From NCBI RefSeq assembly GCF_009914755.1, contig NC_060934.1: a stretch of 64,000 nucleotides of DNA. The stretch is one strand, 5' to 3'. Numbering within the stretch: position 1 is the first letter of the stretch; each line of letters starts with the position of its first letter. Position numbers and translations under genes: made by a program. This document shows positions 48,193 through 61,828 of this stretch, in pieces. This DNA is from the human T2T-CHM13v2.0 reference genome, Homo sapiens. The notes beneath the pieces are model-generated. The model was given only the letters and a program-made list of their open reading frames with translations, was not told the origin of the DNA and did no database searches.

Positions 48193-48975
48193 AACTAGAG
48201 GTGTGGGCTTATTATCAGGATAGCATAGCACTGGATTCCCATTAGAATCCATAGTGTCTTCATAGCACTGGATTCCCGTTAGAACATTTCATGCAGCCTG
48301 GTGCTTCAATTACCTGGCTTCCCTTTTTGTAGCATTGGCATTAGAATATAGTTTAGTCTGACTACAGAAGGGAGAAAATACCTATGTAACAAAATAGGTG
48401 AACTGACAGAATTTTGGTAAAAGAGATAAAACATAGTAGGGTGATAGGTCTACACATTTTAAAAGCCAGTTTGCAGTCAGTGTTGAATTTTATAGTTTAA
48501 TTGTGCAATTTAAACTGTTTGTTTATTCTCCATGAGTGTTTCACGTTATGCCTTTGTGCCTGCTTCAGTGCTGGGGGACAGACCTTCTACCCTCCTGGTT
48601 CATGTTGCCTCTGTCTTCCATTCCTCTTTGCTGGAATGTGTAGTTGTGGTAACTGTGACAATTCCTAAGGTTTCTGACAGTTTTTGAACACCACAATGGT
48701 GCTGTAAATTCCTGTCTTGGCCAGGAGATGGACACCACATTTTGATGGTTTCTCAAACCGTGTGTGACCTTTTCCTGGTTTCTCTGTTCTGTCAGTCATG
48801 GCATGGCTGGACAGAATTCAGGGACATCTATCAGGCCTCTCAGGAGCAATTAAATTATTTTCATGAAGGCAATTTGCAGTTGTAAACAATATTGAAGACA
48901 CTGTGTGGCATTTCTCATTAGCTAAAAAAAAAAAAAAAAAGATAGTGGCAACAATACAGGATTATCTGACTCGAT

Positions 48976-49132
48976 AATTAGCCAGGCATGGTGGCACACG
49001 CCTGTAATCCCAGCTACTCAGGAGGCTGAGGCAGGAGAATTGCTTGAACCCGGGAGGTGGAGTGAGCCAAGATCTAACCACTGCACTGCAGCCTGGGCAA
49101 CAGAGCAAGACTCTGTCTCAAAAAAAAAAAAA
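48976..49132 (+). mobile_element. 5'-truncated AluS (right arm only)
   Basis: 'aattagccaggcatggtggc...gagaattgcttgaacccggg...actctgtctcA13'. A-run+GAT on both sides (48924-43 and 49120-35) is the probable TSD. Confidence 0.9.
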
Positions 49133-49419
49133 GATTAAAAATAATAATTAGGAGGGAGAATAAACGACATCTTGGTTTTTTAAAAGTCCTTTTTATGCCA
49201 TTAAAGTGTGGCTTGTGGTTTATTATTACATTTGTATGCAACCTTGGTACTGACATTTTTATCAAAAGATATTGGAGAGATTTCAGGAATGAGGAGTTAC
49301 ATTCCCTTTATATCTTGTTGCCAGAAATTACTCTTAAGCAAAATAAATTCTGCCTGAAATAAAAAGAAAATGAGAACACAGCATATGCGTGTTTTTGGCT
49401 CTGTGATCTATGCAAATAG

Positions 49420-51585
<2,166 letters not shown>

Positions 51586-52167
51586 AAAAAATAAGCAGAG
51601 AACTTCTTCTATATAAGCACGTAAACAGTAATACCATTATTTTTGTAGCTGCATGAAATACCATTGCATGTATATGTAGGATATGGCTATAATATACATT
51701 TCAACAGATTTGATGACATTGGGTTGTTTTCTCTTTTGTCTACAATGAATTTCAAATTTAGTTGCCTACTTTTACACATTTTTTATGTTGCGTAAATTCT
51801 TAAAAGTAGAATTTTTAGGTCACAGGATATGAGTAACTTTAATATTTTTTAGGATTGTCACCTTGTCCTTCCAAATGACTCTTGAACTCCTACTAGGCAG
51901 GGGCTGGATTCTGGAAAGAGAAACAATTGTTCTTGCTCCTCTTTGCCAATACTGTGCTTTCCTGTCCTAGGCCAATCTAAATGGTGGAAAAAAACAACAA
52001 CAACAAAAAAACAAAAAAAACCTCATGTTGTCATATGCACTTTCTTAATAGAAAAGTTGAGCATTGTTTAATCTGTTTGTGGAACACTTATTTATATCAC
52101 TCTGTGAATTGTTTGCCCTTCCCTTTTGTTGGTTTATTCATATTCTTTCCCTATGTTAGTGAGTTGT

Positions 52168-52518
52168 TGTCTTAGTTCATTTTGGCTACTATACCAAAAT
52201 ACCTTAGCCTGAGTAATTTGTAAACAACAGAAATTTATTGCTTCCAGTTCTGGAGACTGGGAAGTGCAAGATCAAGGTGCTGGCAGATTTGGTGTCAGGG
52301 CCTGTTCCTCATAGGTGGCACCTTCTATGTCTTCACATGGTAGAAGGGGCAAAAAACCTCCCTCACATCACTTTTATAAGGGCACTAATGCTATTTAGGA
52401 GGATGCAGCCCTTATGACTTAATCACCTTCCAAAGTCTCCACCTCTTAATACTGTCAGCATTGGGGGTAGGTTTCAACATAGGAATTTTGTGGGCATATA
52501 AACATTCAGACTGTAGCA
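52168..52518 (-). mobile_element. MLT1A0-type MaLR LTR
   Basis: 'tgtcttagttc...aacaacagaaatttattgc...cagttctggagactgggaagt...aacattcagactgtagca'; near-TSD gttgt/cttgt. Confidence 0.88.
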
Positions 52519-52794
52519 CTTGTTCATCTTTTTTTTCCTGGTAAAATTAGACTTTTAAATTGTTTTTTCTATTGTTTGTCTTGCCCAAACTGTTCCCTCC
52601 TCGCCACCAATGCTTATTTACAAGTAATTGATGGATAATTTCTATATCAAACTAGAATGAAATGAATTGACCTTAAATACTAATAATGTGTTAATTTTTG
52701 AAGGACTATAGGAAAGTATGTATTAACATTAAGGCCATTGGATTTCCAAAATAAATTATCTAAAGACTAGGTCCTCAATATTAATAGCATGGAA

Positions 52795-52829
<35 letters not shown>

Positions 52830-52854
52830 TGCGCGCATGCGCACGCCCGCGTGC
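52795..52854. repeat. (TG)n microsatellite grading into a CG/TG/CA alternating tract
   Basis: Uninterrupted purine-pyrimidine alternation from 52795 to 52846. Confidence 0.9.
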
Positions 52855-53565
52855 TTATGGGTATGTGTGTGTGCGTGCATGTTTGCCCTGATATGAGAAT
52901 TACTTACTGTATTATACAATAGTCATTGAATTTCTGAGTTTTCTTGGTGTAACAGAAAGATGATACAATAAGTTGTTTGGTTTTATTTCTATGTGTTGGG
53001 ATTTGAATTCTAATTTTAGGGTAAAATTTCTGAATTTTTTCTAATCCATTATATTCAAGGGAAGGAGGACATATAAACTTCAGTATGTTATTTTGAATTG
53101 GCTCATATTCCATTTCTACTTTGTCTCCATTTCTAGAATGGTATCCATATGTAAAAGTATTTAATTTTTGGTATGGTTTACTTTCTCTTTAACACTCAGT
53201 TTAATTAACTGAGAACAAAATTCACCTTCTGTGCTGTGCAACTTCAGAGGTGCCAAAATAGCACCTTATATTAAAAAATATCTTGGAAATATTTTTGAGT
53301 GCTTTGAATAAAGTTTTTCCAGCAACATTGATTTATATTTTGTTCCTCAACTCATTATGCTACTTTACACCTGGGTTGTGTCTGCTATGGAAGGGCATCC
53401 TCCATCCTCCCTTTTCCAACTGGCCAACTCCTACTCATCCTCACACATCCATCCCAGGTGGCATGTCTTCCTGGAAAGCTTCACACACACCTCCAGATGG
53501 AGCCTAACACTCTCTTTCTTGCACCAGCTCAGCACCTTATTCATGCTTACATTTGGGCACTTTTC

Positions 53566-53648
53566 TTTTTTTTTTTGAGACGGAGTCTCGCTCTGTCGCC
53601 CAGGCTGGAGTGCAGTGGCGGGATCTCGGCTCACTGCAAGCTCCGCCT
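53566..53648 (-). mobile_element. Severely 5'-truncated young AluY (Ya5-like)
   Basis: T11 plus ~72 bp of Alu 3' end with all CpGs intact and the GAGATCCCGCC variant. Perfect TSD CATTTGGGCACTTTTC (53550-65 and 53649-64). Confidence 0.9.
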
Positions 53649-53890
53649 CATTTGGGCACTTTTCATGCTTGTATTGCATCAGCCTAGACATTTGCCTTTT
53701 CTTTGGACTTTGAGCTCATGGACCTATGTCAAAGACCAGTATGTCTTATTCCTTTCCATGTGCGCAGTGCCTGCCAGAAAGTTGGAGTGATAAATTATGA
53801 GTTAAAGTTTACATTATCATTAGATTTAGGATAAATTTGAAGTTAATTCAACAGTTATTTAAGTTATTCTGTTATCTTTTGAATAACTTT

Positions 53891-54388
53891 TGAGAAAGTA
53901 AAAAATGGCCCTGGCAGCTGACAGGCCACATAATGTTCCCAACTGAACATAAATACCTCTTGCAGAATATAAATAATCAGACAAGCCTACTTCTTGAGTA
54001 TGTCTGAAACAAGACTGAGAAAGGACCCTTTCCAACTACAAAAGTAATTAAACATCCCTCTCTTATGACTGACATGAATGATTGCTGCTTCTTTACCGAT
54101 GATGACTCCAACTCAGCTTTAATCCTCTGCTTTCTAGATTAAATTTGCCAAGATAATCAGTGAATTGTCCCTACCTCCTGACAGCTCCCAGTCCAAACCT
54201 GGCCTTTAGTTTCTTAAACCTTTCTTGGAATCACCCAAAACAAACTGAAATAGTATCCTAAGTATCCACCAGTTTCTTAAAATTCTCCAGTTACTTTGGT
54301 GTACTCTTTCTTGCTGTCGTAAGTGAATGAAAGCTCAATTTATTTACTACAAGAGTGTTCCTGGTGGTCTTTGATTAGTGGGCACTAG
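53891..54388 (+). mobile_element. Old ERV1-class solo LTR (family not resolved)
   Basis: TG start and an LTR-like 3' end 'actacaagagtgttcctggtggtctttg'; degraded. Confidence 0.4.
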
Positions 54389-54961
54389 AGTGAGTGTTGG
54401 AGTAATTTAAGAAAGAAACATTTATCTCAGTCTCTGCCCTTTGGATACTTAGAGTTTGCCTGGGGATTCTGGCCCTACTTGCTTTAAATAAACCTTTAAA
54501 GTGGCATTGTTTGCTGTCAAGACTAGAGTAGAGGAGAAGAGTGCAAGTCACAGCTAAGGAAAATATTCCTTAAGTATTGATAATTTCTAGTGTGGATCTC
54601 AAAGGGCTGGGGCATTCTGTGTGGGAAAGGCTGAGAGCTGGGGAGAATCATTATGTGTTACAGGAAGAGAGGAGACTATTTTTTGAAAGGGAAAGTATTT
54701 GAAGACTTGGTGGCCAATAAGGTTGGACAGGTAGAGGAGATCGGTGACAGCCGGTGACCTTGTGAGAACTCATCTACAGACAGTGAAAATCCCGGGGTTC
54801 GGGGTGGACACAGGAGATAATTAGTAGGAAGGGGTTAAAATACTGAAAGATGAGTATAGTAGGTCGTATTTGATGACAGGAGGATCAGAGAGTCTTTTTT
54901 GAAAGATGAGTCAGCAGGACATGGTAACTTGATAAGAGCAAGGAATTGGGTGGTGGGCTGC

Positions 54962-55427
54962 TGTAGCAGATGCTTTTGATATGGTCTTGGCCCACCTGTG
55001 AGTTCACCCACAGTGGACATCTCCCATGCATGCCAACAGCTTTCCATCTCAAGGGCCTGATCTGTGCTTCTCTACCGGAGCACATTGTCAGCCCTGTGGA
55101 AATTTACTCTTGCTGCAGAGCAGCCTCGAAGTATAACCTTTACTCAGTGAAGGGCTGGAGTCAGAACACAAATGCCCATTTTCCCCTTCTCTTCGTGGGA
55201 CAATTCTGAAGCACATTATTTATGTCTTTTCAGAACATCCTAGGGACATCGACCCCCAGCAGGAATGTGGCATACCACCCCCTTCCATGGTTTTTCTCTC
55301 TCCCCAGTCAGGCTTTCCTCACTTCCTAACTTATGCTCCCTGGGATCACCTCCCCAGTTCACTATGCCAGACTAACCAACCCAAGTTCTTATCTCAAGGT
55401 GACTTTTGGGGGAACCCAAACTAAGAT
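54962..55427 (+). mobile_element. LTR16(C-like) ERVL LTR
   Basis: 'gggacaattctgaagcac...ctgggatcacctcccca...ttttgggggaacccaaactaaga' is the characteristic LTR16 end. Confidence 0.75.
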
Positions 55428-58425
55428 GGGTATCTTGGATAATTGGGTTAATTATTATGCCATGGAAAAATGGAATTGGGATTCTTTCCCAGGTTAATTA
55501 ATGACTGCTGTCTAGTGAAAAAATGACTACAGTCATCTCAAGTGTATTTTATATATCAGTGCAGGAATATGGCAAAATGCTTTAGAATTCGTGGCTTGTT
55601 TTGAGGAAAAAAAATATGCTCCAAACCATCTGCAAAAGTATTACAGTGATCTCAAGTGGAACATAGGCACTTGAAGCAGTTTCCAGGCACATTAGATTGT
55701 TGTCAACAAGAAGAAAAATATATGCCATGGGGAGGAGCAAGAAGAAAGAGAGGGTCTAGAAATCCATGATTTTAGCAAGTCAGGAAAAATAATTTTCAGC
55801 ACGTAAGCAGGGCAGGATCCCTGAGCTCCTTCACCTGGAAGTCATCCAGGTGGTTTAAGATTCTCAGGCTATTGGCAACTATGATGTGGCTCCTGCCAGG
55901 TTAAGGAGCATTGATGATTGATCACAAGGGAAAGGACCCAGCCATATGATTGTTTCTGTCAGCTTGTACTCTCCTGAAAGTCATGGTTAATGACTTGAGC
56001 CAAGTTAGGAAAAATATTTCCGTTACTAACAATATAGTTGTTAAGTATGCTCCATGGGGATTCTGAAATATTTACTTGACAGTAATGAGCTTTAGAATTT
56101 CATTCTTTTCCTATGATTCTTCATGATCACATTTGCATCCAGATCTTTGAACACTCAGCACTTGATGGAGTTTAATAGACTAATGGCAAGAAAATTGCTC
56201 ATAAGTAAAGGAAGCAGTGAATCCATCCGGTTTCCATGAGCAGTCATACCTGAGTTCTTCAGCAATTGGAACAGATGCGTCACTGAAAAGATGCCTGCAC
56301 TGGGGTGGTCCTATCCATTACATTCTCTTAGGAAATGAAGCCCTGGCTTTCCTTAGCCCTGTGATCTATTTTGAACCTTATTCTAGCGGAGAAGGAATAG
56401 TGTTTATTGATTTTTTTTCTCCTGTTGTCTATTATTTAGAGATTCTTAATTCTACTAAAATAAGTTGGGAGAACACATATTGTTTGTTTAGTATTTAATA
56501 AATTTTGGAGAATCCATATAATCATTTTACAGTATTCTCATCAATCACATGAATTAAGTAATAAAATAATAAAACATTTGAATTCTTAGGAACATGTATT
56601 TTTTAATCAGAAAATATTCACCTCCGTGGTTAGCAAACCTCATATACAGGAAAATAAAATTAGGCCATGATCACGTTAGTTATCTCTGAGAGAGCACTTT
56701 TAGAAATAATAATCTAGAGGACAATGATCAGAAAAGGAAGAAGTAGCAACTAATACTTAAGGATACCTACCTATGAAAGAAGATGGTAATAGATAGGGTA
56801 GTTTCTTGGTGCATCAGTGGGTTGAGGTGAAATAAGTTTATTTTATAGTTTTGTTTTTGTTTCCTTTAAGAATAAAGGAAGCTTATTTGAGTGAGCTTCT
56901 AGACTGAGGAAGTGTAGATTGACAATAGAGGAAATTAGAGGGTGGTGTTTAACCTGGAGCGACCCCTTGCAGGGGTAGATTTAAGGTAACAGGTGTTAAG
57001 GCTGTGGTTAACTAGTTTTGGGCTTGTTCACCTCACTTTGTGAATTCTTCCACTGACACTTTGCTCATTTTATTGAAATAACTGATTTCAATTTCTGGTT
57101 TCTAGTCTTCAGTTCTGCTAGGTATGGTCTCAGACTTAATGATGAAAACTGTTGATTCTGCCAGACACATGCCCAATAAAATGCTTAGCTTTTAGCAGAT
57201 CCTCAATAAATATTTATTAAAACTAATTTGAACATATTTTCCTGAGTTTGGGAAGAAGGGGGTGAGACAAATAAAAATTATAATGTATTTGATGTAAACT
57301 GGAGAAAATTCAGTGTAAATTCCCTCTACTTTCCTCAGTCTGTTTGGAGATAAAGTCATCTCCTGGGAGAATAAGGGGATGGATTAGAGACTCGAAGACA
57401 CTGGGGAGTGTTCAGAACAGCTGCTTATGGAAAATGCATGGAAAAAAATTAAAAACTTGCCAAGATGAACTGAATATCCAGCTGAGGCTGCATGGTATGA
57501 ACTTGTTGAGTTTCTTAGGATAGTTCTATGCCTTTTTCTAGTTCTTTGGTCACTCAAAAGTGGAGAAAGCAGAGAGGGGTTATCTTTGGTGAGACGGGTA
57601 TGGCAGAAAGCCTGAGGACTGGGGATTTTGGAGTGTTTGATAAAAAGATGAAATGTTCAGCTGAAGGTTGTGATGGCACAGAGAGAATTTCAAGCCAGCA
57701 GGAAGGCTAGAGAGGGCAGGGGCTGGAGTCATAATAAGCTAGAAAACTTATTATGTGTTCTCTAGCTTGTTGCCTGTGGGGTTGAGGACATTCAAGATTG
57801 TGTTGGTAGGAGGCTGTAGCCACAGAAGGAATGATAGCTTAAAAATCTTAAGAGGTTGAGTGGTCTGGATTGTGATAAAGTGCAATTTACAGCTGGGCTT
57901 ATGGGTTGCTAATGTGTAATTACTCTCACAATTTGGCAATTCTCAGCATCTTTAGGAGTGTTGTCTAGCAAAATTAAATTAGATTCTTTAAACAAGCAAA
58001 AAGAAACTTGTTAATGAATTACAACCAAGTAAGATGGAAACAGTTAGTGTCAACATGATGAGTTTGTGAGATTCTATGTGACTTTAAGACTTTGAGCAGC
58101 CAAGCTAATGTTCAGTTCAAAGTAATTGAATTTCATGTATGGAAGAATGCCTTATGAAACAGCCGATCAGTGCTTTTGCTAGCCAGTTTTGAAATGTTAC
58201 ATGTCCAAACACCTCATAACTTATGCATGTTCTCCAGTGAGAATTACATCATAGGTTGAAAGAAAATAAATGCATCCATGATTCTTAGATGTTACATAAT
58301 CTAAGCACTTAATAACTTCCTAGTTACATAATCTGTAGTTATTATATAATCTCATGGCTCTTTACAAAGGGGGAAATCAAGCTATTCTCAGAGAAATTCA
58401 ATTGGATGATTGGATGAAAGAACTC

Positions 58426-58470
58426 TGTGTCTGTGTGTGTGTGTATATGTGTGTATGTGTGTGTGTGTGT
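58426..58470. repeat. (TG)n microsatellite, interrupted
   Basis: tgtgtctgtgtgtgtgtgtatatgtgtgtatgtgtgtgtgtgtgt. Confidence 0.85.
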
Positions 58471-59181
58471 AATTTTGCACATATACAAATACTTAAGTGC
58501 TGGTTAGAATTGATCTGACCCTCTCCCTGACTGCTTTTCCCAGCCCACTCCAATGAACAACTGGGTCATCTTTCAGCTCCAGAACATTAAAAGTTGTGAC
58601 CTGTGCCATCCCAGGACTATGTACAGGATTCCTTGGAGTCATAAGGAATGTTCTTCATTCTTCCAGCCATTTCACTCTGTTCCTGGCTTTTGGCTCTGCC
58701 CCAGTAGTTATGCTTAGCCCTACTTGCCCTGTCAGCAGCTCCTGAACCAGTTGCAGGTTCAGTTGGTGACTTCAAGATGGGGACACTGGCTTACAGACTG
58801 GCAGTCACCAGAACACATCTGTCCAGAGCCCCGGTTGCCCCGGTCCTGTTGAAACAGGCGCTGCACCTTCAGGTCTCTATTTTCCTTGCACCTCCGATTA
58901 CTCATCATGGTGGAGTCTGGGTAAGAAGGAAGTTGAAGAGATGAAAGCAGATAGAGTTCCTGAGGATCTCATTGCCAGTCGTGGCTGTCTATTCCCTCCC
59001 TTGGCAGCCCAGTGTCTCATTTGAGGTTAGACACCTGTCTGGTGCAGATGTAAACTGATATACCTACCTCCCCATTTGCAGCAGGAATCTGGAGTCTCCT
59101 ATGGCAATTTTGTGGGGGTTGATTTTGGGAGACTTTTATCTAGACATTTCTGCCTTGTTTAACGTGTGGCTTACTTTCCTG

Positions 59182-59228
59182 TTCTGTGCATGTTATTATG
59201 TATTACTGGCATAATAACATGCACAGAA
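59182..59228. repeat. Perfect 19-bp inverted repeat with 9-nt spacer
   Basis: TTCTGTGCATGTTATTATG (59182-200) and CATAATAACATGCACAGAA (59210-228). Confidence 0.95.
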
Positions 59229-61337
59229 TGCATGTTATTTCCTTTTGGAGCACATTGTTGCAAATATCGATCATGCAAGACATGTACATTTGTGGCAGAC
59301 TCTTAAATGTGTAAGGATGCAGTGAGGTTTTACTTAGCCTGATCGTTCCATCTGTGACTTCCACTTCCTTGCCGTCCCTGCCCTACTACAATTCCCAACT
59401 GCAGACTCTGCCCAGATGTAATTCAGCAAACATTTTAAAATACCAAATTTTCTCTCTACCTCTGTCTTGACTGTGGTCCTCATTGTGCTTCTTTCAAGTA
59501 TGGATCATCTAGTCTCCATCCTTGTTTGTGAAGTTGTCCTGTCCTTCACATATTTTTAAGAGGGGAGAGGAGCAACGCGGAACTGTATTTCACCGCTAGA
59601 GTGAACATACCATATCAGAAGGCAGAAATGTGTATTTTTGTAATTACACAGCATGTGTTTTTGTCTGTGGGTTTGCTTATTTTGCAAACAAATCCACATG
59701 GTTTACTTGCTAGTCTTCTTGAATTTTTCAGATGGTGAGCCTGTGGATCCTCATCTCATCCAAGATGACTTCCTGGCCACCTCAGGCCATGTTAAACAAC
59801 CTGGAATGCTAGTATTACTACCAGCAGTGTCTGAGGGAGACATCCCAGAGGCTGATGGTTTTCTAGAATCATGTTTTCAGGGAAAAGGGAATAATTTTTT
59901 TATGATGAAGTAAGTTCTTAAAAAATTGCCTTATTCTTTTGGTTAATGTTTCTTAACAGCTTTGTGGGGAATGGTTGCACACTTTATAAAGTTTCCTTTA
60001 CAATTGGGGAACTTGGAGACCAACTTTAATGTTGATTGTTAAGGCTATTTCACTTATAAAATTTAGCTAGCTGTTAAAAAATTTCTCTGCTGTATTTCTT
60101 ATATCCACAAGGGATTAGAATCTATTGCTTTTGCAATGTAATTTTAATTAGACTGCAAATTCAATCATCTGACTAACTCTTCCCTTGTCATTTAAAATTG
60201 TTTGCAAGCTTGAATGGGAAAAGTTAAAAATGAGACCAGATAAGCATGTGCATTTTCATTCAGATAAGACTACCCACAATGGATTTAATCATTTAACCAG
60301 TTTTAATAATAATAATAATAGTGAAAATTACATAATTTATTGAACACTCACCTAGTCAGCTGTTGGATTTTACATGTCTTATAATTTATCTCATTCTTCT
60401 GAATAGCTATTCAATGAGATGAGCATCGCATCTCAAAGTCGAGAACAGGCTTAGAGAAGTTAAAGGAACTTCATATGTTTCCATTAACTTGTAGGTTCTT
60501 TGGCTGGGATTTGCACCTACAGTTCATCCATCTGGGCAACCCATCATCTTCACAGTGCTTAGAGCTTCTAGAATAGGACCCTGGCACTGCCGTTGTATAC
60601 CCAAGTATCACATGTATATTTTTAAGCACTTTAATTGTTAAGTCTTTCTGATTTCAACAGGTAATGTTGCTATTATATGTCATGCACAAATAGGAGACAG
60701 CTGTTAGGCCTCCATCCATCCTGTGTCTGTTACTTACATACTGAAAAGAAATCAGCTGGTTGTGTTTTATTTGGGAGTGACTGGAATTGATCTGTGCCCA
60801 TTTTTGTGTGTGATCATCTTAAAAATATATCTGTTACTATGGAATGTTCTGCAGTCACTTCTTAAGGTTGAATACACAGTTGATGGGAAATATCTTTTAA
60901 TCTACATACAAAGGAGGAAGTTTACCACAGTGAAATTCAGACGTATAGACTGTTGTTGTACAAAATGGAACTTTTTCCTCCTAGAATTTGGCAGACTTTT
61001 GAGTCCAGGAGGAGGAGGGGTATATAGGTGGATGGAAGATTGAGGAAACATGAAGTTGCTTTAGAAATGTAAGGAGTTGATTAAAAAGTAAGCATAGATG
61101 CTTATTTTACAGAGCTTTGTAACTTTGTCTCACTAATGTTAACATTGGCCTTTAAAAAATGATAGAATTTAGTGTTGCTCTTTTCTTTACAAAGAAAACT
61201 ATACCATAGAAAATGGAATTTTCTAGGGGACAGTAAGAAAATAATATATATATGATTTAAATTCTTTATTTTATTCATTTAATTCTCTTTGAGAAAACTT
61301 AGTGCATATGTATCCAAAGTCTGTAACCAGATTGTTA

Positions 61338-61715
<378 letters not shown>

Positions 61716-61828
61716 CTAAAAAATAGATTTCTTTTTGTATTGAAAATATAATCTTTAGAAACTGGATTTATATTCCTTTAGCAGCAAACCTGATTAATGT
61801 CAGTTAATAGCTTCTTCTTAATCAAGTA

